DNA of 64,000 nucleotides. Origin: Bdellovibrionales bacterium (GTDB taxonomy: Bacteria > Pseudomonadota > Alphaproteobacteria > JAIXQD01). The stretch spans positions 17,355 through 81,354 of the forward strand of contig JBFWRI010000002.1 in NCBI GenBank assembly GCA_050248995.1. Reading direction: 5' to 3'. This document shows, piece after piece, positions 13,054 to 21,777 of the stretch (position 1 is its first letter; each line of letters begins with the position of its first letter). Made by a program: the position numbers and the translations under genes. The notes beneath the pieces were generated by a model. The model saw only the letters and a list, made by a program, of their open reading frames with translations, did not search any database and was not told the origin of the DNA.

Positions 13054-13578
13054 ATGACTGAACCGGTAATCATCAAGAAGTACGCCAACCGCCGTCTTTA
13101 TAATACAGCTTCAAGCACCTACGTCACGCTTGAGACGCTGGCCGAAATGGTTCGTGATAATATCGATTTTATCGTCTACGACGCCAAGAGCGGCGAAGAC
13201 CTGACGCGCTCGGTGCTGACCCAGATTATCGTTGAACAGGAAGCTAAGGGCACCAACCTGCTGCCGATCGGGTTCCTGCGCCAGTTGATCAGCATGTACG
13301 GCGGCAATATGCAATGGGCCGTGCCGGGCTATCTTGACGAGATGATGAAGCACTTCGGCGAACAGCAGAAGCAGCTGCAAAGCACCTTCCAGCAAAGTTT
13401 CGGCAAACTATTCCCACCGGGCTCGCCCATGGAAGCCATCAGCAAACAGAATATGGCCCTGTTCGAACAAATGGCCGGCTTCTTCATGCCGTTCAAGCAA
13501 GCGAACGACAAAGAGCGTGAAGAGACGCTGAACGCGTTGAAGCAAAAAATGTCGAGCATGGAACGCGGCGAAAGCTAG
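13054..13578 (+). CDS. phaR: Polyhydroxyalkanoate synthesis repressor
   Basis: The N-terminus IIKKYANRRLYNTASSTYVTLETLAEMV is the conserved PhaR DNA-binding region. The gene is divergent from the phaC side of the locus. Confidence 0.85.
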   Translation: MTEPVIIKKYANRRLYNTASSTYVTLETLAEMVRDNIDFIVYDAKSGEDLTRSVLTQIIVEQEAKGTNLLPIGFLRQLISMYGGNMQWAVPGYLDEMMKHFGEQQKQLQSTFQQSFGKLFPPGSPMEAISKQNMALFEQMAGFFMPFKQANDKEREETLNALKQKMSSMERGES

Positions 13579-14354
13579 GCTTCCGGTTTCTCGCCTGCGG
13601 CACTCTTTTTCTGCCGGCGCGCTGCATTATCCGGCGCTATCTGTGCATAATTGAATTTAATACCAGCCGCCTTCAATGTGGCGATGTTACCTGCGCTGCG
13701 GATACCTTCCAGAACCACGTCTTTGCCGTTAGCTCTGACAACCGCCGATATCTGTTTCATCATGGCAAGCGGCGGTTTTTCCGGGGTTCTCAGGGCCGCA
13801 CCGACATCCCGGCCGGAAAACTTCAGGCCATCGCTAAGCCCAACAATCGGTGAGACAACATTGGTATTTTTCCAGCGCCCCCTTGGATAATCATCCAGCA
13901 GGATTTTCCCGCCAGCGCGGTGCACGGCATCAATAAATTTGTACAGGTCTTTATCAGCGATGCCGAGTCCTTTTTCAGTCAGCTCGGCTTTCAGGCGCTT
14001 TGCAGCTTTCGGATAGTTCGCCAGCATGGCCGCAACGTTCTGTACAAAGCGCGGCTGGGCCGCTGATTGCGGGGAAATATTCGCGCTCAAGACTTCCTTA
14101 TGGCTTTTATCAAGTGTCTGCAGGACCAGTTCAAGATTGATTGCATCAAACCACTCTGTCTCACCGGTTTTCTCAAGTGCGCAGACGATGTGTCCTGACG
14201 TGCCAAGCTGGTTCTGCGTGAACAACGGATGCTCTAGGAAAGCCTCATCATACTTGTGCTCCATCGACTGGCCGTTCACCGCATAAATTGGGGCCCGGTC
14301 CAAGCTGAATTTTGCTGGGTCGATTTCCGCGTAAGCGTCCGGGATACGGTACAT
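13575..14354 (-). CDS. Standalone degenerate EAL-like domain protein
   Basis: ILLDDYPRG aligns with the EAL DDFGTGYS block. GLKFSGRDV resembles the KIDxSF block. VVLEGIRSAGNIATLKAAGIKFNYAQ resembles the AEGVE...QG block. The catalytic EAL/E residues are not conserved. Confidence 0.45.
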   Translation of the reverse strand: MYRIPDAYAEIDPAKFSLDRAPIYAVNGQSMEHKYDEAFLEHPLFTQNQLGTSGHIVCALEKTGETEWFDAINLELVLQTLDKSHKEVLSANISPQSAAQPRFVQNVAAMLANYPKAAKRLKAELTEKGLGIADKDLYKFIDAVHRAGGKILLDDYPRGRWKNTNVVSPIVGLSDGLKFSGRDVGAALRTPEKPPLAMMKQISAVVRANGKDVVLEGIRSAGNIATLKAAGIKFNYAQIAPDNAARRQKKSAAGEKPEA

Positions 14355-14417
14355 GGGCGGTAGTGTGGCACACCCGCCCCGTGGAACAAAATCCTAATTT
14401 TAGCGTGGAACAGGCTG

Positions 14418-16145
14418 TTAAACTGCCAGCGTCAGCATGCCGGTTGATTGCAGGAAGGCAGCGGCCTTTTCGTCTTCTGTCTTTTTGGTTGGCATTTCAA
14501 TCTGGGCCTGACCGAAGAAGTACCCCTGCATTTGTGTCACGCCATGGCGCTGCAGCCATGCGGCTTCTTTCTCGGTTTCAACGAATTCGGCAACCGTTTC
14601 AAGGTTCATGTTCTGCGCCATTGCCAAAATCGACTTCACCATCACCTGGTTTTGTGCGCTGTCAACGATGCCTTTGATCAGACTTCCGTCGATCTTCACC
14701 TTGTCAACTGCCAGTTGTTGCAAGTGTTGCAGCGACGTATAACCGGCACCATAATCATCCAGTGCGACCTTGGAGCCAATCTCGTGCATCAGGGCCACGA
14801 AACGGCGCGTATCTGTCAGGTCGTTGACGGCTGCTGTTTCGGTGATTTCCCAGATGATACGTTCGGCAATCGTGCGTTCGTCTTTCAGCAGGGCGTGCAG
14901 GTAATCCTGGAAGGTCGTACTTGAAACCGTGGCAGCCGACAGGTTAACCGACAGCTTCAGGGCAGGTTCGCCGCGCAGGGCGGCCATGGCAAGGCCCACG
15001 ACATAACGGTCCAGTTCCTGTGCTAGACCATTCTGTTCGAACGCCTGGATAAGCTTCCAGGCCGAAATGTAAGTACCGTCCGGCTGGCGCAGGCGCAGCA
15101 GGGCCTCATGAAACGCAATGCGGCCGTCGAAAGCTGAAACAATCGGCTGGTAGGCCAGCACCAGGTCCTGGGCTGCCATGGCTTGCCGGAAGCGTTCGAT
15201 ATCCCCGAGGCTGGCAAGGTTATGCGTGCGGCGGTCTTCTGACGGCTCATAGAAGCGATATGAACCACGTCCCCCAGCGCGTGCCGTCTTCAGCGCCTGT
15301 TCGGCGCGCGTCAGCGCTTCGATGCCATCCGTGGCAAGCAAGGGCAGCGCGATGCCGCCAGCCGAGACGGATACGTTCACAGCGCATTCCTGTGTGACAA
15401 AGTGTTCATCACGGAAGGCCTGCAGGATTTTCTGCGTTACCGCTTCGGCAGCTGTCTGATCATGATCCGGCAGCCAGATACCAAAACCGTCGCCGCCAGT
15501 ACGGGCAATCAAGGTTCCTTCTGGAAGCTGCTTTTCGAGGCGCTGAACGGCCGCACGTAGCAAATCGTTCACTGCATTCGGCCCCAGCGCCTCATTCAGG
15601 AAGGTCATGTTATCGACGCTGACGATCATCATGCTGCCGCTGATGCGGTCACGGATCACATGTGTCAGCGTTTCTTCCAGTGACTGGCGGTTCGGTCGGC
15701 CAGTCTGCGCATCGAACCGCGCGGCGAATTCTGCCACCTCGGCGCGCATTACATACGGTTCGATGAACGTTAGAATGCCGCGCGCACGCAGCGGAATGCC
15801 GCTGACGGCTGTTTCAATCCGGCCAGCATCGCGCACCCATACGTAGCGGTTATCGGCAAGCCGCAACCGGTATTCCATCTGGTAAGAACCACTCGCCGCA
15901 AGAGCGCGCACCAGTTCGGCAGCGAACGTTTCCGCATCAGCTTCATGGATGTGGCTGCGATAACTTAATCTAGCGTCGGTGGCCGAAGGCAATTCGCCGC
16001 CGCCGAATTTCTCAGATTTTGTCAGCCATAAAAGGAAACTCTGTGCCAGTGGATCACGCTCGTAAGCGGCGATCCCAGCATGCTCAAGAAGAGCCGGCGC
16101 AACATCGGCAGCCGTTTTTACTAAATGCACTTTACTATCAACCAT
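14418..16145 (-). CDS. PAS-GGDEF-EAL signalling protein; the GGDEF motif is degenerate (GGDGF) and the EAL domain is intact
   Basis: The diguanylate cyclase region has RTGGDGFGI in place of GGDEF. The EAL region has QPIVS, HEALLRL, DDYGAGYTSL, KIDGSL, AEFVETE and QGYFFG. Confidence 0.8.
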   Translation of the reverse strand: MVDSKVHLVKTAADVAPALLEHAGIAAYERDPLAQSFLLWLTKSEKFGGGELPSATDARLSYRSHIHEADAETFAAELVRALAASGSYQMEYRLRLADNRYVWVRDAGRIETAVSGIPLRARGILTFIEPYVMRAEVAEFAARFDAQTGRPNRQSLEETLTHVIRDRISGSMMIVSVDNMTFLNEALGPNAVNDLLRAAVQRLEKQLPEGTLIARTGGDGFGIWLPDHDQTAAEAVTQKILQAFRDEHFVTQECAVNVSVSAGGIALPLLATDGIEALTRAEQALKTARAGGRGSYRFYEPSEDRRTHNLASLGDIERFRQAMAAQDLVLAYQPIVSAFDGRIAFHEALLRLRQPDGTYISAWKLIQAFEQNGLAQELDRYVVGLAMAALRGEPALKLSVNLSAATVSSTTFQDYLHALLKDERTIAERIIWEITETAAVNDLTDTRRFVALMHEIGSKVALDDYGAGYTSLQHLQQLAVDKVKIDGSLIKGIVDSAQNQVMVKSILAMAQNMNLETVAEFVETEKEAAWLQRHGVTQMQGYFFGQAQIEMPTKKTEDEKAAAFLQSTGMLTLAV

Positions 16146-16408
16146 AATATACTGACCCCATAATCACTCTCCCGAACGCCCCCCTTGAGCTCAACAGTGT
16201 TCCCGCACCCTCTGGTCGGATTGCCATTGACTGTTCAGGCTTATTTCCCATCCTTAGGGTCTCAGATGGGGGTTAATGGGTATTAAATACGAGTTCGAAA
16301 CAAGTATTTAGATGTAATATTTATATTTAACAATGAGTTAAGGAAAAACCCAAGTAATTCAAATCATTGGCCACATACTTTTGTATGCGGGCCAGACTAC
16401 AAAATTCC

Positions 16409-17356
16409 CTAGAATTTGGTTGATTTGGCCGCACTCATACGAGCCGTCTGCTTGTCGATGAACGTATTGATCATACCGATGCGGTTCTCGCGGATAAGCG
16501 CCCGGATCGGGTCACCGTTATTGCGCTCTTCAGTGAAGATATAACGAATGAACGGGCCTGTGGCGCCCAGCGTCTGGTGCAGGGCCGCCGTGATCCCGGT
16601 GGCCATAATGGCCGCCGCGCCGCCGCCCATTGTCTGTTCGGCCAAGTGCAAAATACCGTACATGCTTTCTTCAATCGAGCCCGCATGAACGGTAGTAATG
16701 ACAAGGTGGCCGGTTGTGGCGGCACGCAATACCTGCTCGGCTGCCCGCGGGGTACGAATTTCTCCGACCAGCAGATAGCGGGGCGTCCAGCGCAGGCTGC
16801 TTTTAATGGCCTTGGCCCAGTCGTCTTCCTCATGGACCTGTACCTGATAACAGAAGCCGTTGTTGCCTACAGCACCGTCCAGTACATATTCCACAGGGTC
16901 TTCGATAGTCAGGGCTGTGCCGCCATGGCGCTTTAAAAAATCATTCAGTAACGAGAAGGCCGTTGTTGTTTTACCCGCACCGGTAGCGCCTGAAATAATA
17001 ACCAGGCCATCGCGACGGCCCAGCATTCTAAGGTTCTGAATGATGTGCGGGGCAAAACCAAGCTGCTCCATCGTCTGAACACCGGCGTTGATACGACGCA
17101 GCACCGCCCATGTTTCGCCGTTCGCCATCGTATTCACCGACACGCGGTAGCGGATGCTGGCGAAGGTGAAAATTCCTTCTTCTTTATCAAATCGTTCTTT
17201 CAGGTCCTGCGTCAGCAGAATGACATCCGGCAAAGCGGTCTGAGGAACGGGCAGGTTTGGATGGCCGGTTTCGCGTGCGGCCGGACGGTAACGTGCCGGC
17301 GACTGCCCGTCGAGCCGGACATAGAGATCCATCACATTCAAATCATTGAGACGCAT
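16409..17356 (-). CDS. PilT/VirB11-family secretion NTPase with no partner genes nearby
   Basis: Walker A is GATGAGKTT. The Asp/Glu box is TIEDPVEY, Walker B is LLVGEIR and the His box is ITTVHAG. 315 aa, with no adjacent pilus or T4SS genes. Confidence 0.7.
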   Translation of the reverse strand: MRLNDLNVMDLYVRLDGQSPARYRPAARETGHPNLPVPQTALPDVILLTQDLKERFDKEEGIFTFASIRYRVSVNTMANGETWAVLRRINAGVQTMEQLGFAPHIIQNLRMLGRRDGLVIISGATGAGKTTTAFSLLNDFLKRHGGTALTIEDPVEYVLDGAVGNNGFCYQVQVHEEDDWAKAIKSSLRWTPRYLLVGEIRTPRAAEQVLRAATTGHLVITTVHAGSIEESMYGILHLAEQTMGGGAAAIMATGITAALHQTLGATGPFIRYIFTEERNNGDPIRALIRENRIGMINTFIDKQTARMSAAKSTKF

Positions 17357-17437
17357 GTCGAAAGCCTATGGTTAGCTGCTTTAAAAACAGCTAATAAAGA
17401 AGGGTCTGACAAGCTGATTTTCCATTCCGTGAGCGTT

Positions 17438-18784
17438 ATGAGCCAAATTATTCAACCCCGCACCCCTTCCGGCGTTATGGAACTGCTGCCGCGTGACCAG
17501 ATCGCCTTCCAGCGCATCCTGGATATCATACGCTTGAACTACGAACGTTATGGCTTCCTGCCAATCGAAACACCTGTATTTGAAGTGGCCGATGTCCTGC
17601 TGACCAAATCTGGCGGCGAGACCGAGAAGCAAGTCTATTTTGTGCAGAAGACAGGCTCGCTGGAACAGGGCCGCAAGCCCGAGCTTGCGTTACGCTTCGA
17701 CCTGACGGTACCTCTTGCCCGCTATGTAGCCGAACATGAACATGAACTTGCATTTCCGTTCCGCCGTTACCAGATCCAGCGTGTATATCGCGGCGAACGT
17801 ACCCAGCGCGGCCGTGCCAACGAATTCTACCAGTGCGATATCGACATTATCGGCAAGGATAGCCTGAGCCCTGCTTACGATGCTGAATTGCCGGCTATTA
17901 TCAATGACGTCTTTACACAACTTGCTTTTGGGCCGTTCACCATCTGGTTCAGCAACCGCAAGGTCATGCTGGGTTTCCTGCAGGCGAATGGCATCCCGGT
18001 CGAAGCGCAGACACTGGCATTGCGCGAGCTGGACAAGCTGGACAAGAGCACGCCTGAGAAAGTCGCAGCAGCGCTTGTCGCTGCCGGACTGACCAGTGCG
18101 CTGGCCACACAGCTCATGGAACTCGTTCAGCCCGCCAGCAGCAATGATGAAGTCTTGAACCGCATTGCCCGACTGCCGCAGTCGGGCACATTGGCTGAAG
18201 GATACGAAGAATTGCAAATCATGTGCGACGCACTGGCTGCGCAGGGTGTGCCACCGAAGAACGCGCGCCTGAACCTCGGCATCATCCGCGGCCTCGATTA
18301 CTACACCGGCACGGTTTACGAAACCAAGATGGATGACCACCCCGAATTCGGGAGTGTATGTGGCGGCGGCCGGTATGACAACCTCGCCGGCTATTACACC
18401 AAATCGAAACTGCCGGGGGTGGGCCTTTCAATCGGCGCCACACGCCTGTTCGAACATTATCATGCCGCCGGCTTTTTTGCCGACACGCGCAGCACGATCC
18501 AGGTGCTGGTGACGGTGATGGACGAAACACTGCTGCCTGACTACTTGAAGATCGCTCACACATTACGGCAGGGCGGGCTTGCAACCGAGGTCTTTCTGGA
18601 CGGCGGCAAGATGGCAAAACAAATGAAATACGCTGATCGCGCCGCTATCCCCGTCGCTGTCGTCATGGGCGGCGATGAAAAGTCCAAAGGCGCCGTCACC
18701 GTGAAGAACATGAAAACCGGCAGCCAGATAGAGTGCAAGGCCGGCGACATACTGGCCACTGTAACCGCTGAACTGAAGAAATGA
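17438..18784 (+). CDS. hisS: Histidyl-tRNA synthetase
   Basis: Class II aaRS motifs are MELLPRDQ, FDLTVPLARY, YQIQRVYRGERTQRGR...FYQCD and GGGRYDNL, with a C-terminal anticodon-binding domain. The start is at internal Met 17438; the longer ORF from 17045 would overlap the divergent ATPase gene. Confidence 0.85.
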   Translation: MSQIIQPRTPSGVMELLPRDQIAFQRILDIIRLNYERYGFLPIETPVFEVADVLLTKSGGETEKQVYFVQKTGSLEQGRKPELALRFDLTVPLARYVAEHEHELAFPFRRYQIQRVYRGERTQRGRANEFYQCDIDIIGKDSLSPAYDAELPAIINDVFTQLAFGPFTIWFSNRKVMLGFLQANGIPVEAQTLALRELDKLDKSTPEKVAAALVAAGLTSALATQLMELVQPASSNDEVLNRIARLPQSGTLAEGYEELQIMCDALAAQGVPPKNARLNLGIIRGLDYYTGTVYETKMDDHPEFGSVCGGGRYDNLAGYYTKSKLPGVGLSIGATRLFEHYHAAGFFADTRSTIQVLVTVMDETLLPDYLKIAHTLRQGGLATEVFLDGGKMAKQMKYADRAAIPVAVVMGGDEKSKGAVTVKNMKTGSQIECKAGDILATVTAELKK

Positions 18785-21777
18785 GCGTCTGGCACACTCT
18801 TAGCCGCGTCGTTCTGACGACAATCTGGGTCGTCATAATTGCGGCGGTCATTTATGCCATTCACTACGAACTAACAACAAGCCGCCTGCAGGCCGAGCTG
18901 TTCTCGCGCTATGCTAAAAATATGACGTATGAGCTGCAGGACGGCCCCAACCCGAATCTGCCCTATCCCGAAGGCGGTCCATACGATGTGCGCCTGGGCT
19001 ATACTCGTCTACCCAAGATGCTCGACACTTTAACTGTGCAGGGTTTCAAGATCATTCGCCAGCCCCGCCTCTCGCAGCCGCTACAGGAATTCATGGCTAT
19101 GGGCGGGTATGCGATATACCCGGAAAAAACCAGTGCCGGCATCACCATTCTGGGCGCTCAGGGTAACGAGCTGCACAGCCGCCGCTTTCCGACCCGCACC
19201 TTTGCGGACTATGATGAGATACCTCCCCTGGTCGCACAGACGCTTCTGTTCATCGAAAACCGCGAACTACTGGACCCGGCGACGCCGTACCGCAACCCGG
19301 CTGTTGAATGGGATCGCTTCCTGTTCGCAGCGCTGGGCCAGCTGGTGAAAGTACTCAATCCGGGCATGAATATCGGCGGCGGCAGCACACTGGCAACACA
19401 GATCGAAAAGTTCCGTCACTCGGACGAAGGTCGTACGGGCGGCATCCACGACAAACTGATCCAGATGCTATCAGCCTCGGTGCGCGCTTACCGTCAAGGC
19501 CCTCTGACCATGGAAGAACGTAAACGCGTTGTTCTGGATTATATGAACAGTACGCCGCTGACAGCCCGCGCTGGTCTTGGTGAAGTCAACGGCCTTGGTG
19601 ACGGCCTGTGGGCGTGGTTTGGTACAGAACTGAATGATGTCATTGATATGCTGTCCCGTCAGGCTAATGATGTCGAGACCTTCACGCGACAAGCCGAACT
19701 ATATAAACAGGTGCTGGCCCTGTTACTGGCGCAGCGTCGCCCGTCTTACTACCTGATTACCGATCGCGAAGCATTGAATGAACTTGCCAATACTTATCTG
19801 CAACTGCTGTCAACGGCCGGGATTATCACCCCCGCCTTGCAGAAAGTCGCAACGTCATCACCGCTGCGTTTTTCAAGTGAAGTCCATATTCCCGGCGGCG
19901 AAGACTTTGTAGCCCTGAAGGCGGCTAACGCCGTGCGGCTGGCGCTGCTGCGCACTCTCAACCTGAACAGTCTGTATGAACTGGATCGCATCGATGCAAC
20001 GGTTCACAGCACGCTTGATAGCGAAAAGCAGGACAAAGTCATCAGCCTGCTGCAAGACTTGATGGATAAATCGAAGCTGGAAGAACATGGCCTGATCGGT
20101 GAGAATCTTTTGCGGACCGACAATGATGTCAGTAAGGTTATTTACAGTTTTGTGCTGTACGAGCGCACACCTTTCGGCAACGTCGTTCGTGTTCAGGCCG
20201 ATAACCTCGACAAGCCGCTTGATCTGAATGAAGGCGCCAAGCTTGATCTGGGGTCAACCGCCAAGCTGCGCACGCTTGAAACATACCTTAGCGCCCTGGC
20301 CGACCTTTATGACCGTTATAAACAGCTGCAAAAAGCCGATCTGCAGATTGCTCAGGATGACGCAGCCGATAATCTGACGCGCTGGGTAGTCGATATGCTG
20401 CGCGCCTACCCCGATATCACGTTACAGCAGCTACTGGCATCGGCCATGACACGGCGCTATTCCGCCAGCACAAATGAAACATTTTTTACGGGCGGCGGCG
20501 CTCACACGTTTGTAAACTTCCAATCAACCGATAATGGCAAGGTCGTTTCAGTTCAGGAAGCCCTGCGCATGTCGATCAACCTGCCGTTCGTGCGCCTGAT
20601 GCGCGATGTGGTTGGCTATTATATCGCGCAAGGGCCGATTGCGCGGCGCGACATACTTGGTAACCCTGATAATCCTGCGCGCCAGGCCTATCTGGCCCGC
20701 TACGCCGATCGTGAAGGACGCACTTTCCTGAACCGTTTCTACAACGCTTACAGGAACCTGACACCTGAGGCTGCACTGGACAGACTGGCTGGCCGTGGCC
20801 GAAAGACGTGGGAAGCACAGGCAACCATCTTCCGCAGCATCAAACCCAAAGCCGGCCAGACCGCCTTCCGCAACTTTATGACGGCGCGCATGACAACGCT
20901 TGGTCTGGCCACCCCGACTTTTGAGGAAGCAAGCGCACTATACGAAAACTATGGCATGGATAAGTACAACCTTGCCGACCGGGGCTATATCGCCGGCGTC
21001 AACCCGCTGGAGCTTTGGCTTGCCGCCTATATGCAAAGCAACCCCAAGGCATCGCGCGACCAGATCCTGCAGGCCAGCGTTGAAGAGCGCCAGGCTGCCT
21101 ATGAATGGCTATTCCGCACAGGATACAAGGGCGCACAGGATACGCGCATCCGTATCCTGCTGGAGCAGGATGCCTTCAACCGCATCCACCAACACTGGGA
21201 AAAACTTGGCTACCCGTTCGACCACCTTGTGCCGTCACTGGCGACATCCATTGGCAGCAGCGCTGACCGGCCGGGCGCACTGGCCGAGCTGATGGGCATC
21301 ATTCTGAATGATGGCATCCGCATGCCGACAATCCGCGTCAGCGAAATCGAATTCGCCAAGGGCACGCCCTATGAAACGCTGTTGCGCCGCGATGGCGCCC
21401 AACAGGTGCAGGGTGAACGCGTCATACGCAGCGAGGTTGCACAGACATTGAAAGCCGCGCTGGCCGATGTGGTGGAAAACGGTACCGCTAAACGCATGAA
21501 AGGCGTTGTTGTCGACGGCGCGGGCCAACCCGTACCTATTGGCGGCAAGACGGGCACAGGCGACCACCGCTTTGAACTGTTCGGCCCCGGCGGCCGCCTG
21601 ATCTCGTCGCGCGCCGTCGCCCGCACGGCAACGTTCGTCTTCTATCTGGGCGATAAATACTTCGGAACCATTACCGCGCACGTTGAAGGCGAAGAAGCCG
21701 ACAAATACGAATTCACCAGCGGTATGGTGTCGCAGGTCCTTAAAACAATTATCGGAAAAATCGGCCCGCTGTATTAG
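18781..21777 (+). CDS. Class A penicillin-binding protein, PBP1C-like (GT51 transglycosylase plus transpeptidase)
   Basis: It has an N-terminal TM anchor. GT51 motifs are GGGSTLATQIEKF (compare GGSTITQQ) and EERKRVVLDYMN (compare KEEILELYLN). The transpeptidase motifs are STAK, STN and KTGTG. The ATGA overlap with the hisS stop indicates translational coupling. Confidence 0.7.
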   Translation: MSVWHTLSRVVLTTIWVVIIAAVIYAIHYELTTSRLQAELFSRYAKNMTYELQDGPNPNLPYPEGGPYDVRLGYTRLPKMLDTLTVQGFKIIRQPRLSQPLQEFMAMGGYAIYPEKTSAGITILGAQGNELHSRRFPTRTFADYDEIPPLVAQTLLFIENRELLDPATPYRNPAVEWDRFLFAALGQLVKVLNPGMNIGGGSTLATQIEKFRHSDEGRTGGIHDKLIQMLSASVRAYRQGPLTMEERKRVVLDYMNSTPLTARAGLGEVNGLGDGLWAWFGTELNDVIDMLSRQANDVETFTRQAELYKQVLALLLAQRRPSYYLITDREALNELANTYLQLLSTAGIITPALQKVATSSPLRFSSEVHIPGGEDFVALKAANAVRLALLRTLNLNSLYELDRIDATVHSTLDSEKQDKVISLLQDLMDKSKLEEHGLIGENLLRTDNDVSKVIYSFVLYERTPFGNVVRVQADNLDKPLDLNEGAKLDLGSTAKLRTLETYLSALADLYDRYKQLQKADLQIAQDDAADNLTRWVVDMLRAYPDITLQQLLASAMTRRYSASTNETFFTGGGAHTFVNFQSTDNGKVVSVQEALRMSINLPFVRLMRDVVGYYIAQGPIARRDILGNPDNPARQAYLARYADREGRTFLNRFYNAYRNLTPEAALDRLAGRGRKTWEAQATIFRSIKPKAGQTAFRNFMTARMTTLGLATPTFEEASALYENYGMDKYNLADRGYIAGVNPLELWLAAYMQSNPKASRDQILQASVEERQAAYEWLFRTGYKGAQDTRIRILLEQDAFNRIHQHWEKLGYPFDHLVPSLATSIGSSADRPGALAELMGIILNDGIRMPTIRVSEIEFAKGTPYETLLRRDGAQQVQGERVIRSEVAQTLKAALADVVENGTAKRMKGVVVDGAGQPVPIGGKTGTGDHRFELFGPGGRLISSRAVARTATFVFYLGDKYFGTITAHVEGEEADKYEFTSGMVSQVLKTIIGKIGPLY

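Noticed and set aside
17045-17437. N-terminal 130-aa extension of the hisS ORF in the track
   Set aside because: It overlaps the divergent ATPase gene on the other strand, and the canonical HisS N-terminus (MSQIIQPRTPSG...MELLPRD) begins at Met 17438.
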